Source: Phoronis australis (lineage: Eukaryota > Animalia > Phoronida). Taken from it: a stretch of DNA of 64,000 nt. The notes beneath the pieces are model-generated. The model was not told the DNA's origin, did not search any database, and saw only the letters and a program-made list of their open reading frames with translations. Position 1 is the stretch's first letter, and each line of letters opens with the position of its first letter. A program made the translations under genes and the position numbers. The stretch is from contig NMRA01000902.1 in NCBI GenBank assembly GCA_002633005.1, positions 1 to 64,000 of the forward strand. Reading direction: 5' to 3'. Below are positions 11,578 through 23,452 of this stretch, piece by piece.

Positions 11578-14500
11578 ATGGGAGTGACCAACTTATGGTT
11601 GATCCTGGAACCAGCCAAGCAACACATACCATTAAGTAATCTGAGGGGTCAAACTCTTGCTGTTGACTTGAGTATTTGGATTGTTGAAAACCAAGGAGTA
11701 AAGGGACTTGAAGCAGCTGGTGTGTCCAAACCATATCTCAGGTATTGGACAAGTGTATTCTTGACCAACATGTGTTAATTGTGTATATACCTTATGAAAT
11801 GGTCATGCTCATAAGACCAATGGCAACAGTAATCCACAGGTTTTACTACTGTTCAACAATTAGTGCATTTTTCGTGATGATTGCATAATTTTATTGCGAC
11901 AGGCGCAAACATCACAATGCACTTGGAACCCTCGAGAGCATAAAATTGTTGAAGAATCCCCAGTGGCCTCCATTAACAAACTATTAAATGGAAAAATGAT
12001 GTTTTATTCTTACATCTCATGTTTGGATATATAACATAATGCTTAAATTGCGGTTCTTTTTAAATGCTAATACATTCATATTTTGAAATAAAACAGTTCT
12101 TTGTTTTCTGCTCTGTTTTCACATTTTACTTCAGGGTCGGACATTTTAAATCCTGTATTGACCTTGGACACATGACTTTGATACAACCCAATACTGTATT
12201 GACCCGCTAGGTGCTGATCAGCAGCAAGTAACCTTTTTTCCCTTGATGCCAATGAGACAACTGTCTCCACCTGTTGGAAAGTTGCATCTGCTAGACTTAC
12301 CTGTCTGGAGTTTGCTTATGGAGCACATTGTACATATGGTTAACATCGTACAGCTCATTATGAGTCACAAAACACGACTAAAAAAATTTGATTGCTTGTA
12401 GCAAGGTCATCATTCTTTGCAAAGTGATATTTTCAGCATGCATAATAATTGAAATGATATCAGTTCATGTGGGAAATGTTATGTAATATGTTGTAACAAC
12501 GGAAATTATTATCTGAAGTTTTCTTCTTTTTTTTCAGAAATCTGTTCTTTCGAGTATCTAATTTGCTTCAGCTTGGTGTTAATCTTGTGTTCGTTATTGA
12601 GGGCGAGGCCCCTGAGTTGAAATGGCAGACCATGTCTTCTCGACAGCAAGCTGTCTGGGGCCAATACAGGAAGACAAAAGGGGTCTGGTCACGCCCCAGG
12701 GCCATGCGCAGACCACAGCTGAAGGCCAAGATTAAAGAGGTTTGCATGGTGGCCAATGAAAGTTAACTGGGCTGTGCAATTGTTCTCTAAGACAGTGGCC
12801 ATAGTATTTGCACCAGCATTTTCTCTTGCTTTTCTTCATGAATCTTATTTCATTGAGATTGCATAATATTTACTACCAAGAACAGTTAATTTACTGCTAC
12901 AGAAAGTAAACCCTCAGTGACTAATTAAAATTATGAAGAGTAAAATAAATTATTAGGTTTAGTACAAGTATTGATTACAATTTTTCAAGACATTCTAAGG
13001 TTTGTATAGTCATGTTGTAAAATTGACAAACATTTCAGGCACAGTATTTGTTCAGTGCTTAGTATAAAGTATTTTGGGATACTAGTTCCCATTTTATCAA
13101 TGGTCATAAGTCAAATCTTAGCTAAAGACAGTTGTATCTTTGATTATATTAATTTCCCCACTGTTCATTAGTTTGGCTGGTGAAAGTGGTCATAAGTGTA
13201 AATATGGAACATTATTAACTTGACGTCAGTTACAACATAGTCACTCTACTTAAAAAGCAGCGTTATTTTGGAATAACGGGCCTGCCACCATCTTAGCTTT
13301 AACTTTAAAGGCTTTTGATAAACTGAACCACTGCCGTGATTTTGATTTTTGTTGCATACTCATAAGTTTGTGGCCAAAATGTTGTGAGTTTCACTGCCCT
13401 TAGCACCATTTAAGTATGCTTATGGTACAATGTCATGACTGGAGGTATAGACCAGGTTCCGAGGAAGATGTAGTTTTTTAATACCAGATGGGTGTTCATA
13501 GTGGTGATGTTCAATTTTACAGTAAGGGACAAGCACTTTGACCTGTGATGGAAGTTATGTTGCTCATTGACCAGTATAACTTATACAATACCTGTATACT
13601 TTATATGTGTTTCAGTGCTGTGAAATGCTGGACTACCTTGGAGTACAGTACATACAGAGTGAGGGTGAGGCTGAGGCCATGTGTGCTGTTCTTAATGCTA
13701 CCGGGGTATGTACAGTGTTTGTTGGCAGGGCTAGGGTGAGGCCATGTGTGCTGTTCTTGATGCTACTGGGTTATGTACAGTGTATGTTGGTGGAGTCAGT
13801 CAGAAAAGTAGTCAGACAAAATAATGCGGAATTTATTCCCTGTCATGACAACTGAATGCAGGCTGAATTTTCCATGTCACAGGCCTGACAGACCAGAACC
13901 AACTGTGCCTTATGTAAGAATGTGTGTGGTTCAACAGTTGATTAACTTTGAGCAAACCTCTGTTGAGTAGCCTTGCTGTGGATCAGAACTATTGATTTAC
14001 TCTTGTCCCCATTTTCAGCTGGTTGATGCCTGTATCACAGATGACGGGGATGCCTTTCTGTACGGTGCTAGAACAATATACAGGAACTTCACTCTCAACA
14101 CAAAGGCAAGTGTCCTGTTAAGCAAGCTGGGGTCAGTTTCATGAAAAGTGACAAGACTTAAGTCAGAAATNCTACTGGGGGGTATGTACAGCGTATGTTG
14201 GCAAAGTGAGGCTGAGGCCATGTGTGCTGTTCTTAATGCTACAGGTATGTACAGTGTATGTTGGTGGAGTCAGTCAGAAAAGTAGTCAGACAAAATAATG
14301 CGGAATTTATTCCCTGTCATGACAACTGAATGCAAGCTGAATTTTCCATGTCACAGGCCTGACAGACCAGAACCAACTGTGCCTTATGTAAGAATGTGTG
14401 TAGTTCAACAGTTGATTAACTTTGAGCAAACCTCTGTTGAGTAGCCTTGCTGTGGATCAGAACTATTGATTTACTCTTGTCCCCATTTTCAGCTGGTTGA

Positions 14501-17500
14501 TGCCTGTATCACAGATGACGGGGATGCCTTTCTGTACGGTGCTAGAACAATATACAGGAACTTCACTCTCAACACAAAGGCAAGTGTCCTGTTAAGCAAG
14601 CTGGGGTCAGTTTCATGAAAAGTGACAAGACTTAAGTCAGAAATTTGGTTGTACACTCCACATAACTACTTGTGAAAAATTATTAAATCTCACTTGTGTA
14701 TAGTCTCTTAGAATTTACCAATACCTACAAGGTATTGAGAAAATTGCTACATGTTATCTTTGGACTATGATGCACTCATATTGCCTTTGCCAAACCTTAA
14801 TTCAACAAGTTTTTGTCTTACGTGTGAAATCACATTCATAAAACAGACCTGTGGGCTTTAACCTAACCTGGCTGAGTATGGAAGGAAATTGAATCCAATA
14901 CTGGAACTGATTAGCGTTAAAGTATCTATTGCATAACTGGTAATTTATATTTTATGTTGGCTTTGCCTCTTTAGAAGGATCACAGTTTGTCTTGAGCAGA
15001 AATGGAATATTTTGTTCATAGTTGTGAAAGGTGCCAGGCTGTCTTCAAGGAAGGTGCCAGCCTATTTTCAATGCCCATATTTGATAGTTTCAACATGAAT
15101 AGGCTTCATTTTGTTGCACAAGTCTGTCTTCAATTGTTTTGTTTTATTTAGAGCAGCTAGTCTGTGCTTTTTGTGACCACTGTCCAGTTGGATCCTTCAT
15201 TACAGAATTAAATTTATTTCAGTTTTGTTTTAAAGCATTGATCAAGAAATTTTCATATCCATTTAGACAAGTAGGTCAAGAAAAGTCATGCGTCTATGGT
15301 CTATCAATTAACAGTTCCCTTTTCTGGAAACAATTCATGACTTTGTGCTATTCCAGGACCCACATGTTGAGAGCTATTCTGCTAGTGATGTACAGTGTCT
15401 AACTGGTTTAACTAGGCAACATTTGGTTGGCATGGCTCTGTTGCTAGGTTGCGACTATATCCCCAAAGGTGTGCCAGGCATTGGTAAAGAGAAGGCAATG
15501 GAGCTGATGACTGAGTTAGGTGGAGTGGATGTCCTACAGAGGTCAGTGCAGTGTTCTTGCTCTTCACATGTAACTTCCTGACTTCTTGATGTCTTGTGCT
15601 TATAATATGGTAACCTTGATTATTCACTGTAACTAGATACTTTCTCCACGCTATCTTTCCGGTGATTATTATTCTAACTGTTATATTTGCTATTTTTTAT
15701 TCTTACACTTTGTACCACTATTTTGTCATGATGAATTAGCAATACTGTTTTTCTAATAATTCATTATTCAATATTTTGTTTTTATGAAGATTCCGTGATT
15801 GGTCCAGTCCCAGGTTTGATGGCAAAGTCAAGGTTCCAATTGAAATGGCAGTGAGAAAAAAGGCTTTGGCTGTAGAAGGGTTTCCCAATGAAGCGGTAAG
15901 ATACAGGAATACAGTAATGCTACTTAAGTTATGTCATAGTTAAGCTGTGAACACTTACTGAGTTTTGTCATAGTGAGGTTGTGAACAGTTACTTAGTCAT
16001 GTCATAGTCAGGCTGTGAATACTTACTGAGTTATGTCATTATCAGGCTGTGAACAGTTACTGAGTTACGGTATGTCATAGTCAGGCTGTGAACAGTTACT
16101 GAGTTATGTCATAGACTGTGAATTATACTTACTGAGTCATGTCATAGTCAGGCTGTGAACTGTTACTGAGTTATGTCATAGTCAGGCTGTGAATACTTAC
16201 TGAGTCATGTCATAGTCAGGCTGTGAATACTTACTGAGTTATGTCATAGTCAGGCTGTGAATACTTACTGAGTTATGTCATAGTCAGGCTGTGAATACTT
16301 ACTGAGTTATGTCATAGTCAGGTTGTGAACACTTACTGAGTTATGTCATAGTCAGGCTGTGAATACTTACTGAGTTATGTCATAGTCAGGCTGTGAATAC
16401 TTACTGAGTCATGTCATAGTCAGGCTGTGAATACTTACTGAGTTATGTCATAGTCAGGTTGTGAACACTTACTGAGTTATGTCATAGTCAGGCTGTGAAT
16501 ACTTACTGAGTTATGTCATAGACTGTGAATTATACTTACTGAGTCATGTCATAGTCAGGCTGTGAACAGTTACTGAGTTATGTCATAGACTGTGAATTAT
16601 ACTTACTGAGTCATGTCATAGTCAGGCTGTGAACAGTTACTGAGTTATGTCATAGGCTGTGAATTATACTTACTGAGTCATGTCATAGTCAGGCTGTGAA
16701 CAGTTACTGAGTTATGTCATAGGCTGTGAATTATACTTACTGAGTCATGTCATAGTCAGGCTGTGAATACTTATTGAGTTATGGGGAAAATTTGGGTGTA
16801 TTTCAATCATATATTATAAGAGTTCATAAATTTTGGGGGACGGCATGAGCTAACTTTCGGACGGATCGGACTACGAGTGTGGCAATTTTACTTTGTTATG
16901 TTTGCATCAATGTATCTTCAAAGGTCCTCAACGGATTTTCATAAAATTTGGCAAATAGGCATCCCTCTCGTTTTTGGGTGGAGTCGAGGTATCTTGCACC
17001 ACCTAGTGGTCATTTTTATTATTTTTGAGTATGTTTTTCGCTTCTGCCCCTCTATCAACCAAACCACTGTAAGGATGATTGTGAAAATTGGCATATATGT
17101 TCCTACTCTGAAGAAGATGGCTGACGAGTTAAACTACTGTGGCACCTCCTCGTGGTAGTTTTTTTGCGCCAATGACTGTATCACCTGAAACCTCTGCAGG
17201 ATTTTTATTAAATTTAGCAATTGTATTTATACAAAGTTGGCAACAGATGACAACTTTTGGACAAATTCAATAAACACTGTGCCCCCTAGTGGCAATTTCA
17301 TTTTATTCTGTTTTCCTCTGTTTCTCTGAAGTTTTGTGACGGATTTCTATGAAATTTGGTGTTATATTGCTTTCTATTAAAGAAGCAATGACATGTTCCT
17401 ATTTTCGGATGGATTGTATGTTTTTGCGCCATCTAGTGGCCATTTTTATGACACAAATAAGCAACCCTAAAAGCACACTATTTACGATGCATTCGTGGGC

Positions 17501-20500
17501 GCATTTCAATGCTCCGCGTTGCTCTTGTTAAAGATCCGATGACACACGTCTTTCTTTCTGATGGATTCGATGTATTTTTCTCTATCTAGTTAACATTTTT
17601 ACTATTTTCCAGTCTATTTTTGGCCTCTATCAACCAAACCACAATAAGGATGATTTTTGAAAATTGACATCTATGTTTCTACTGTGAAGAGGACGGCTGA
17701 TGATGCTTTTTGGACGACTCGGACTACTGTGCCACCTCCTAGTGGCAGTTTTTGTTGTGTCTAAGGCTGTATGTCCCAAATCCTTTACATGATCTTTATT
17801 AGATTTGGCAGGTGTATTTATATGGAGTTGACAACAGACAACGACGACATTTAGATAGATCCGACTACTGCTGTGCCCTATAGTGGCAATTTTATTTTTT
17901 ATGTTGCCCTCTGTGTTGTTGAAGCTGCTTGGCATATTTTTATGGAATTTGATCAATAGGTTTAAATGAAAGAGTCGACAAGTTCCTCTTTTCAGATAGA
18001 GTCAACGTGTAGTGGCCGTTTTATTATCATGAATTTGATTCTTTTTCATGAATTTGACAAACAAATTTCTAGTATGAAGACGACAGCACTTTTCCTTTTT
18101 GTGATGGATTCGACGTGTTCTACACCAAAGAGTGGCCGTTTTTGATAACTTTTAGTCTGTTTTTGTCGTCTGCTTCTGCGTCTGCCAAACCGCCTAGAGG
18201 ATCAGATATGTTCCTACTGACAAGATCATGGCTGATGTGAATTTTCAAATGGGTGCAACTACTAGTGACCTTTTTCAAATCTACGGCTGTATCTCCCAAA
18301 CGGCATGCATGATGTTTTTGAATTTTTCCAATTGTGTTCCTGTTGACTTGACAGCAGGTCAATGGATGCGACTACTGTTGTAGTTCCTGATGGGATTTTT
18401 TCATGCTTGCCTTTGTATCTTTGGAATTCTTTTAACAGATTTTGGTAAAATTTGGCAAATAGTTAAGAGAGATGCCGACACCTCATTTTTGGATGGATTT
18501 AATGTATTGTATGCCATGTAGCATGGGCGACACACCGTAGGGGGCTGGGGGGGCTATAGCCCCACTTTTTTCCAGTGCTTTGCCGCCCATGTCTATGATA
18601 CAAATAAATACCCCTAGAAGCATAGCATTTGTGGTGCAGTCATAGGTGCCTTTCAACACTCCGCATTGCTCTTGTTTTACAGATGAATTAAATCATTAGA
18701 ATACTTGAAATTATAGAAAAGTTTTGTTTAATGACTGCTGGTCAGTAGAAACCATGTTAATGATGAAGAAAAGTTTTTCTTAACCTTTGTTTTTCATAAC
18801 AAGTTTACGAAAATAAAATTTGGCATGCTCACCATCTTGTGTGTTAAATTGAAAATCTGTTTGAAACCAAAGTCTTGTTCTTTGTTGAAGACTTGATTTC
18901 TTGTGTACGTCCTTACATAATGCTGTTCATTGTTTTCTGAGATAAACTTCATTTATTGTACTAGTATAGTATTTTTTATAATAAACATTAAAAAATCTGT
19001 CTTGAAAATTTTTAATTAACTTTTCCAAAATAGGTCATTGACGAATATCTGGTGTCACGTAACCGCTGTCCCACATCAGTGCAGCAGTGGCGCCGGCCAG
19101 ACATGCAGCGCCTCCAAGTGTTCAACTACAGCAAACTAGAGTGGCCGGAGGTCTACAGTCAGCAGAAGGTACTGCCGTTGGCCACACTCTGGGACATAAG
19201 AGACATATCAGCAAGTGGTGTGGTCGATCACTCGATTCACTTCATGCCAAACAGGTAACTTGAGAGAAGTGTCAACAATAGTTCCTGATTTTGGACACAA
19301 CTTGTGGCCAGTTATTCAGTGGAGAAAACTGGTTCTCAAAATATCATGGGTTTATTTACATCATAGCTTTTGTTGTTGCATAAGTATTATCATGACATAA
19401 AATTCTCATATTTGAAACACTTGAAAAATTAATTATTTTGCTTTAAGCCAGAGCTTGTCCCAGATTCCAAGAAATAAGCAATATAATTGTCCGTCCCAAA
19501 TTCAAGAATCATCTGAAAGTCAAGAAATTACCCGCTCTGTGGATTGAAAGCACATTGTCTGAAATTTGAGAAATATGATGAACCGCAAAATTGCCCTTGT
19601 CTCAAATTCCAAAATGAAGAAGATTCAATTTTTGCTCAAGTTTCCGTGTCTCAAATTCTTGAGATTGTCCCAAATTGGAGAGTTTTTACCTGTCATTACA
19701 CTAGCTCTAGTATTTTACTTACTAGTTTTATAACCTCTTGTTGGTGAAGTTCATTTTTCATTGAATCCCAAGTTTCATGTTTCAAATCTTGTATTTTCAA
19801 AGGGCTAAAGTTTTATTATGGAGATTTACAAAACATGGAATCGAGCAATTTTGAAACACAACTCCGTTATTACTACTTATGTTTTAGTGTTACAAGGTCT
19901 GTGAAATGCTTCTTTTGATAAATTATGCTATCTCAGTTCAACTCTCATTCACACCAACGCTAATTTCATGTCTGTCTTGAGAAGTGACGAACAGTTAGAC
20001 ATCTTCAGTTCACCTACACTCATCTGGTGTTCTGCTCTTTACAAAGCTTGAATTCAATGTTCAGTGTGGATAACACAATATGCTACACATGAATATGGTT
20101 CAATATGGTTCAATATGGTCTGTTGACTTTGACACTGATCTTCTCTTATCCCTCTGTGTCGTGCATTCATAGATTCATGGTTTATTCTGGCTACAGTTTT
20201 GTTCCACAAAACGTATTTTGTTTCAGAATAATAAAAGCTAGAGTGCGACAAGGTGTTCCTTGTTATGAGATTGAGTGGGTGAAACCGCCGCAGATAAAGA
20301 TCATTCATGTCGACGATGAGGTTGGAGACAAGCCGTGGATCACTTTTGAAGAGAAGGAAGCCATAAGCAAGTGTTTTCCTGCTCTTGTCCGCACTTACAA
20401 AGAGCAGATTGCTAAGAAGTCTAAAGGTGAGTACACAGGCTTCCAACCAAGAAGAATGCACCAGCTGAGCTGGAGGCCAGTGCCTTGATCAGCCCCATGG

Positions 20501-23452
20501 AAACGCAAAGGAAAACCCACCCAGAAAACAATCCCTTGGTGGGTGTATGTTAAGTTTTGCATACATATTCCTATTATAAATGGAATGGCACGAGTGGGTT
20601 TTTGGATGGATTACACTACGGCTGTGCCTCGTATAATCGATATGAAAATTAGCAGGTGTGTTCTTGCTGAGAAGAGCAGGGTTGCTGTTTATTTTCGAAT
20701 GTCTACGACTTCTGTCAGTCCCCCTAATGGCAATGATTTTTTAAATCTGCAACTGCATTATCCAAATTTTTTTTTGCTGGTTTCTGCTTAAATTCAACAA
20801 TTTAAAGCCAAGTGTATTTCTATGAACATGGCGTCAGGTGATGGTGACTTTCAAGCAGATATGTCTATCGCTGTGGCTCCTAGTGGCAATTTTAGTTTTT
20901 ACATTTTCCTCTGTATCTATGGAGTTCCTGAATGGATTTTGTGGAATTTGACTATTATATTTGTATTAAGGGGCAATTACATCTACACATTGTTGGATGG
21001 ATTCAACATAATGTAGCCACCTAGTGGCCATTGTTATTATTTTTGAGTCTGGTTCTGACATCCGCCTCTCTATTGGTCACAACACTGTACATCATTGTGA
21101 AAATTGGAGTGTTTTCTTATTGGGAAAAGTACAGTTGACAATGACGAGTGCAACTGCTGTGGTGCCCTCTTTGGGGCAATGTTGTTGTTGCCTTTGGCTT
21201 AATATCTCCAAAGCTCCTTTAATAATGGATGTTCATGAAATTTAGCAAAATTTTAGACAGAGTTGACCTTCATTGCAACCCCTAGTGGCCTTTGTGCTTG
21301 TTCTTTGTTGCCTTCCTCTGTATCCTCCAAACTGCTTGAGTGATCATGGTGAAAGGTGGCAAGTATGTTCCTATTGAGGAGAGCATTGCCAACTTGTTAC
21401 GCTCCCCCTTTAGGCTAGTTTAAGTTTACTAATATTGCTGTTAATAGTGGAAATGTTTAAAACAATGATCATTGCATGTATCTGCACTTGGGTACATATC
21501 AATGTCCCACTTTGCTCTTGTTCATTAGTTCTATACCTAACAAAAACTATATGTGTGAAGTGAGTCAATTGAATCTAAATGACAAAATTACCCTGGGATT
21601 CCTGTAACAGGTCAGGTTTTGTTGATCTGGTCCGGTATTCTTTTTTTAATGCATGGTTTCTGTTTCACTCGAGAGGGGTACATACTTGCGGACATCTGAT
21701 AAGTGTTAGCGACCTCGTGCTTCTCAAGTATATTAAAATTATTTTGTTTTCCAGCTATCATTTACTTACAAACCACTGAATAAAACATCCTACTGTTAGT
21801 CATTGGCTTGATTAATCCTTGTCTGAAACACTGGTCTGGATCAGTGTCACTTGAACACAGCATGAATGACACAACTTGTCTTATTTGCTCCATAACAGTT
21901 GTTAGCGCCTTGGTTTCTCGACAGTGAAAACTAAACTTGACTGGACAGTTTTTAAGATAATTTTTATTTAATATCTCATGTTATTTTGATTATGCATGTA
22001 CTGTATCTTGTCCCAAATGATAGCTGAGCACAATTGCCATATAAAGTTTTAGTGTAACAAAAATGTTATTTGTAGGCTAAAACATTTTTAACACACTTCT
22101 TGTTAATTATTTCAGGTGGGAAATCGAGAAAGCCAAAAAAGGCTGATGTTGAAAATATTACTGTTCAGCTGGATCAGCTTGATGTAGTGGACACCGCTAG
22201 TATACAGGTGTGTTCTGGTAAAGTGGGTGTGAAGAGGGAGCCTATATCAGGTGTCAATGTGACTGGGGACTATGGGATGCCAGCGATGAACAGGGATGGT
22301 GATGGCAGTAGTGGTGAAGTCTTAGATAATCTTGTTGTAGAGGAGATGGGGACAGAAACTGATATTTCAACATGTTTTGTTCCCGATTTGGAGACTACTC
22401 AAGGCATCATTGATTGTTTGTCAGAGTCAACAAGCAATGACTTTGACAGTTCTCTTCTTCCATTAACTGAGCGATTGGCTCTGAATTCTAAGACGAAAAT
22501 GGCCAAGAGCAATGTTGTGTCTGAAGCTACCAGTTACCAAAGACTGACAGTTTCGAAGATTTGTGAAAATGAAGACATATCTCGTCCGCTGGTGGATGCT
22601 TCGACACCAAGCGCAATGAAACTGGAGGTGAAAACTACTGGGATAAGCAACAATCTATTGTTTCTATCTCCAGTACAGGAGAGGTGTTCACAGCTTAATG
22701 ATGGATCTGCAGTGTTCACGCCAGTTCCAGTACGTAAATGTCAAGCATTTGACAGGAATTTAGTTGATGCATCTTTTGATAATGGTCACGTTTGTGCACC
22801 AAGTGTTGTTTCCAAAGTAAGGACCAAAATGCCAGAATCACCGTACACGCCCATAGGGGGCAGTGCAAGTTGTCACCGTATGTTCTGTGATGAAAGCAGC
22901 ATATCATTGTTTGACATCAGTGTAAACTCAACATGTGACCAGTCACATGATCAGTCACATGGTCAGTCAGGTGACAAAGCAGCCATCCCTCCAGCATTTG
23001 CTAGTGACAGTCTCTTTGGAGATTTCTGTCTTCAGACTTCTCTGTTGAACAATACTTCTGTATTGAACATGACTGGGAATATGCTAGCTTATAACAGTGC
23101 TGGCAATTTGGAGCCTTTGTCTTCTATGAAAGAAAATAGGTGTCCAGATTTTGCAGTGACGAGTGACTCTCTACAGGCCGGGGAAAATGAAGTCGCAGAA
23201 ATAAGCATTCATAACTGTCATGTGCTTGATGTTGATGACAGAGATCTAATAAATCTGCATGATAAAATGAAAGATTTGTCGGAAAATAGACCAATTTCAG
23301 TGAGATCTGAAACCAGTCTTGGTGTAATGATTAATGAAACAACTGGACCATTATATCAAAACAGTCCTGTGTCACTTGTGGACAGATTGAAATTCCGACT
23401 TTCAAAGACCAATATGAGCTCTGTGTTGAATGAATTGACCAATACTCAATAA
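11578..23452 (+). CDS. GEN1: Flap endonuclease GEN homolog 1 (Holliday junction resolvase), ~863 aa, 9 coding exons
   Basis: Exons 11578-11741, 12538-12739, 13616-13705, 14019-14105 (duplicated at 14493-14579 across the N), 15357-15541, 15790-15895, 19034-19254, 20227-20426 and 22116-23452 join in frame (2592 nt). Motifs: XPG-N MGVTNLW...LAVDLSIW...NLFFR...VFVIEG; XPG-I GEAEAMCA...ITDDGDAFLYGA; H2TH LLGCDYIPKGVPGIGKEKA; chromodomain IIKARVRQGVPCYEIEW; then a long low-complexity tail. Confidence 0.96.
13697..14644. repeat. Gap-flanking duplicate containing GEN1 exon 4 twice (offset 474 bp), likely haplotype overlap at N 14171
   Basis: About 13770-14170 is nearly identical to about 14245-14644. 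The first copy ends exactly at the N. Confidence 0.85.
15920..16782. repeat. 34-bp minisatellite (~25 copies) in GEN1 intron after exon 6
   Basis: Unit tacttactgagttatgtcatagtcaggctgtgaa with variants. Confidence 0.95.
16860..18678. mobile_element. Degenerate non-autonomous elements (Helentron/HINE-like, tentative) built of ~140-150-bp subunits; two adjacent copies
   Basis: A gcc(a/c)cctagtggc core recurs about every 140-150 bp. A shared end motif (t)caa..ctccgc.ttgctcttgtt lies at ~17505-17529 and ~18653-18677. Confidence 0.55.
20690..21522. mobile_element. Third degenerate copy of the same subunit-built element in the last GEN1 intron
   Basis: Cores ctcctagtggc (~20876), gccacctagtggcc (~21016) and cccctagtggcc (~21278). 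Ends in ctttgctcttgtt (~21510-21522). Confidence 0.5.

Noticed and set aside
14493-14579. Apparent tandem duplication of GEN1 exon 4 (mutually exclusive exons)
   Set aside because: The copies are identical and the duplication is bounded by the N at 14171. The same pattern occurs at all three gaps, so it is most likely an assembly overlap.
15920-16782. CRISPR-like regularly spaced ~34-bp repeats (also 2892-3165, 10205-10615, 33763-34028)
   Set aside because: Head-to-tail units with no unique spacers, no cas genes, and a eukaryotic intronic context. These are ordinary minisatellites.
18522-18591. 70-bp element with CATGGGCG..CGCCCATG inverted ends
   Set aside because: Probably an internally deleted MITE remnant, but there is no TSD and it is too short to classify.
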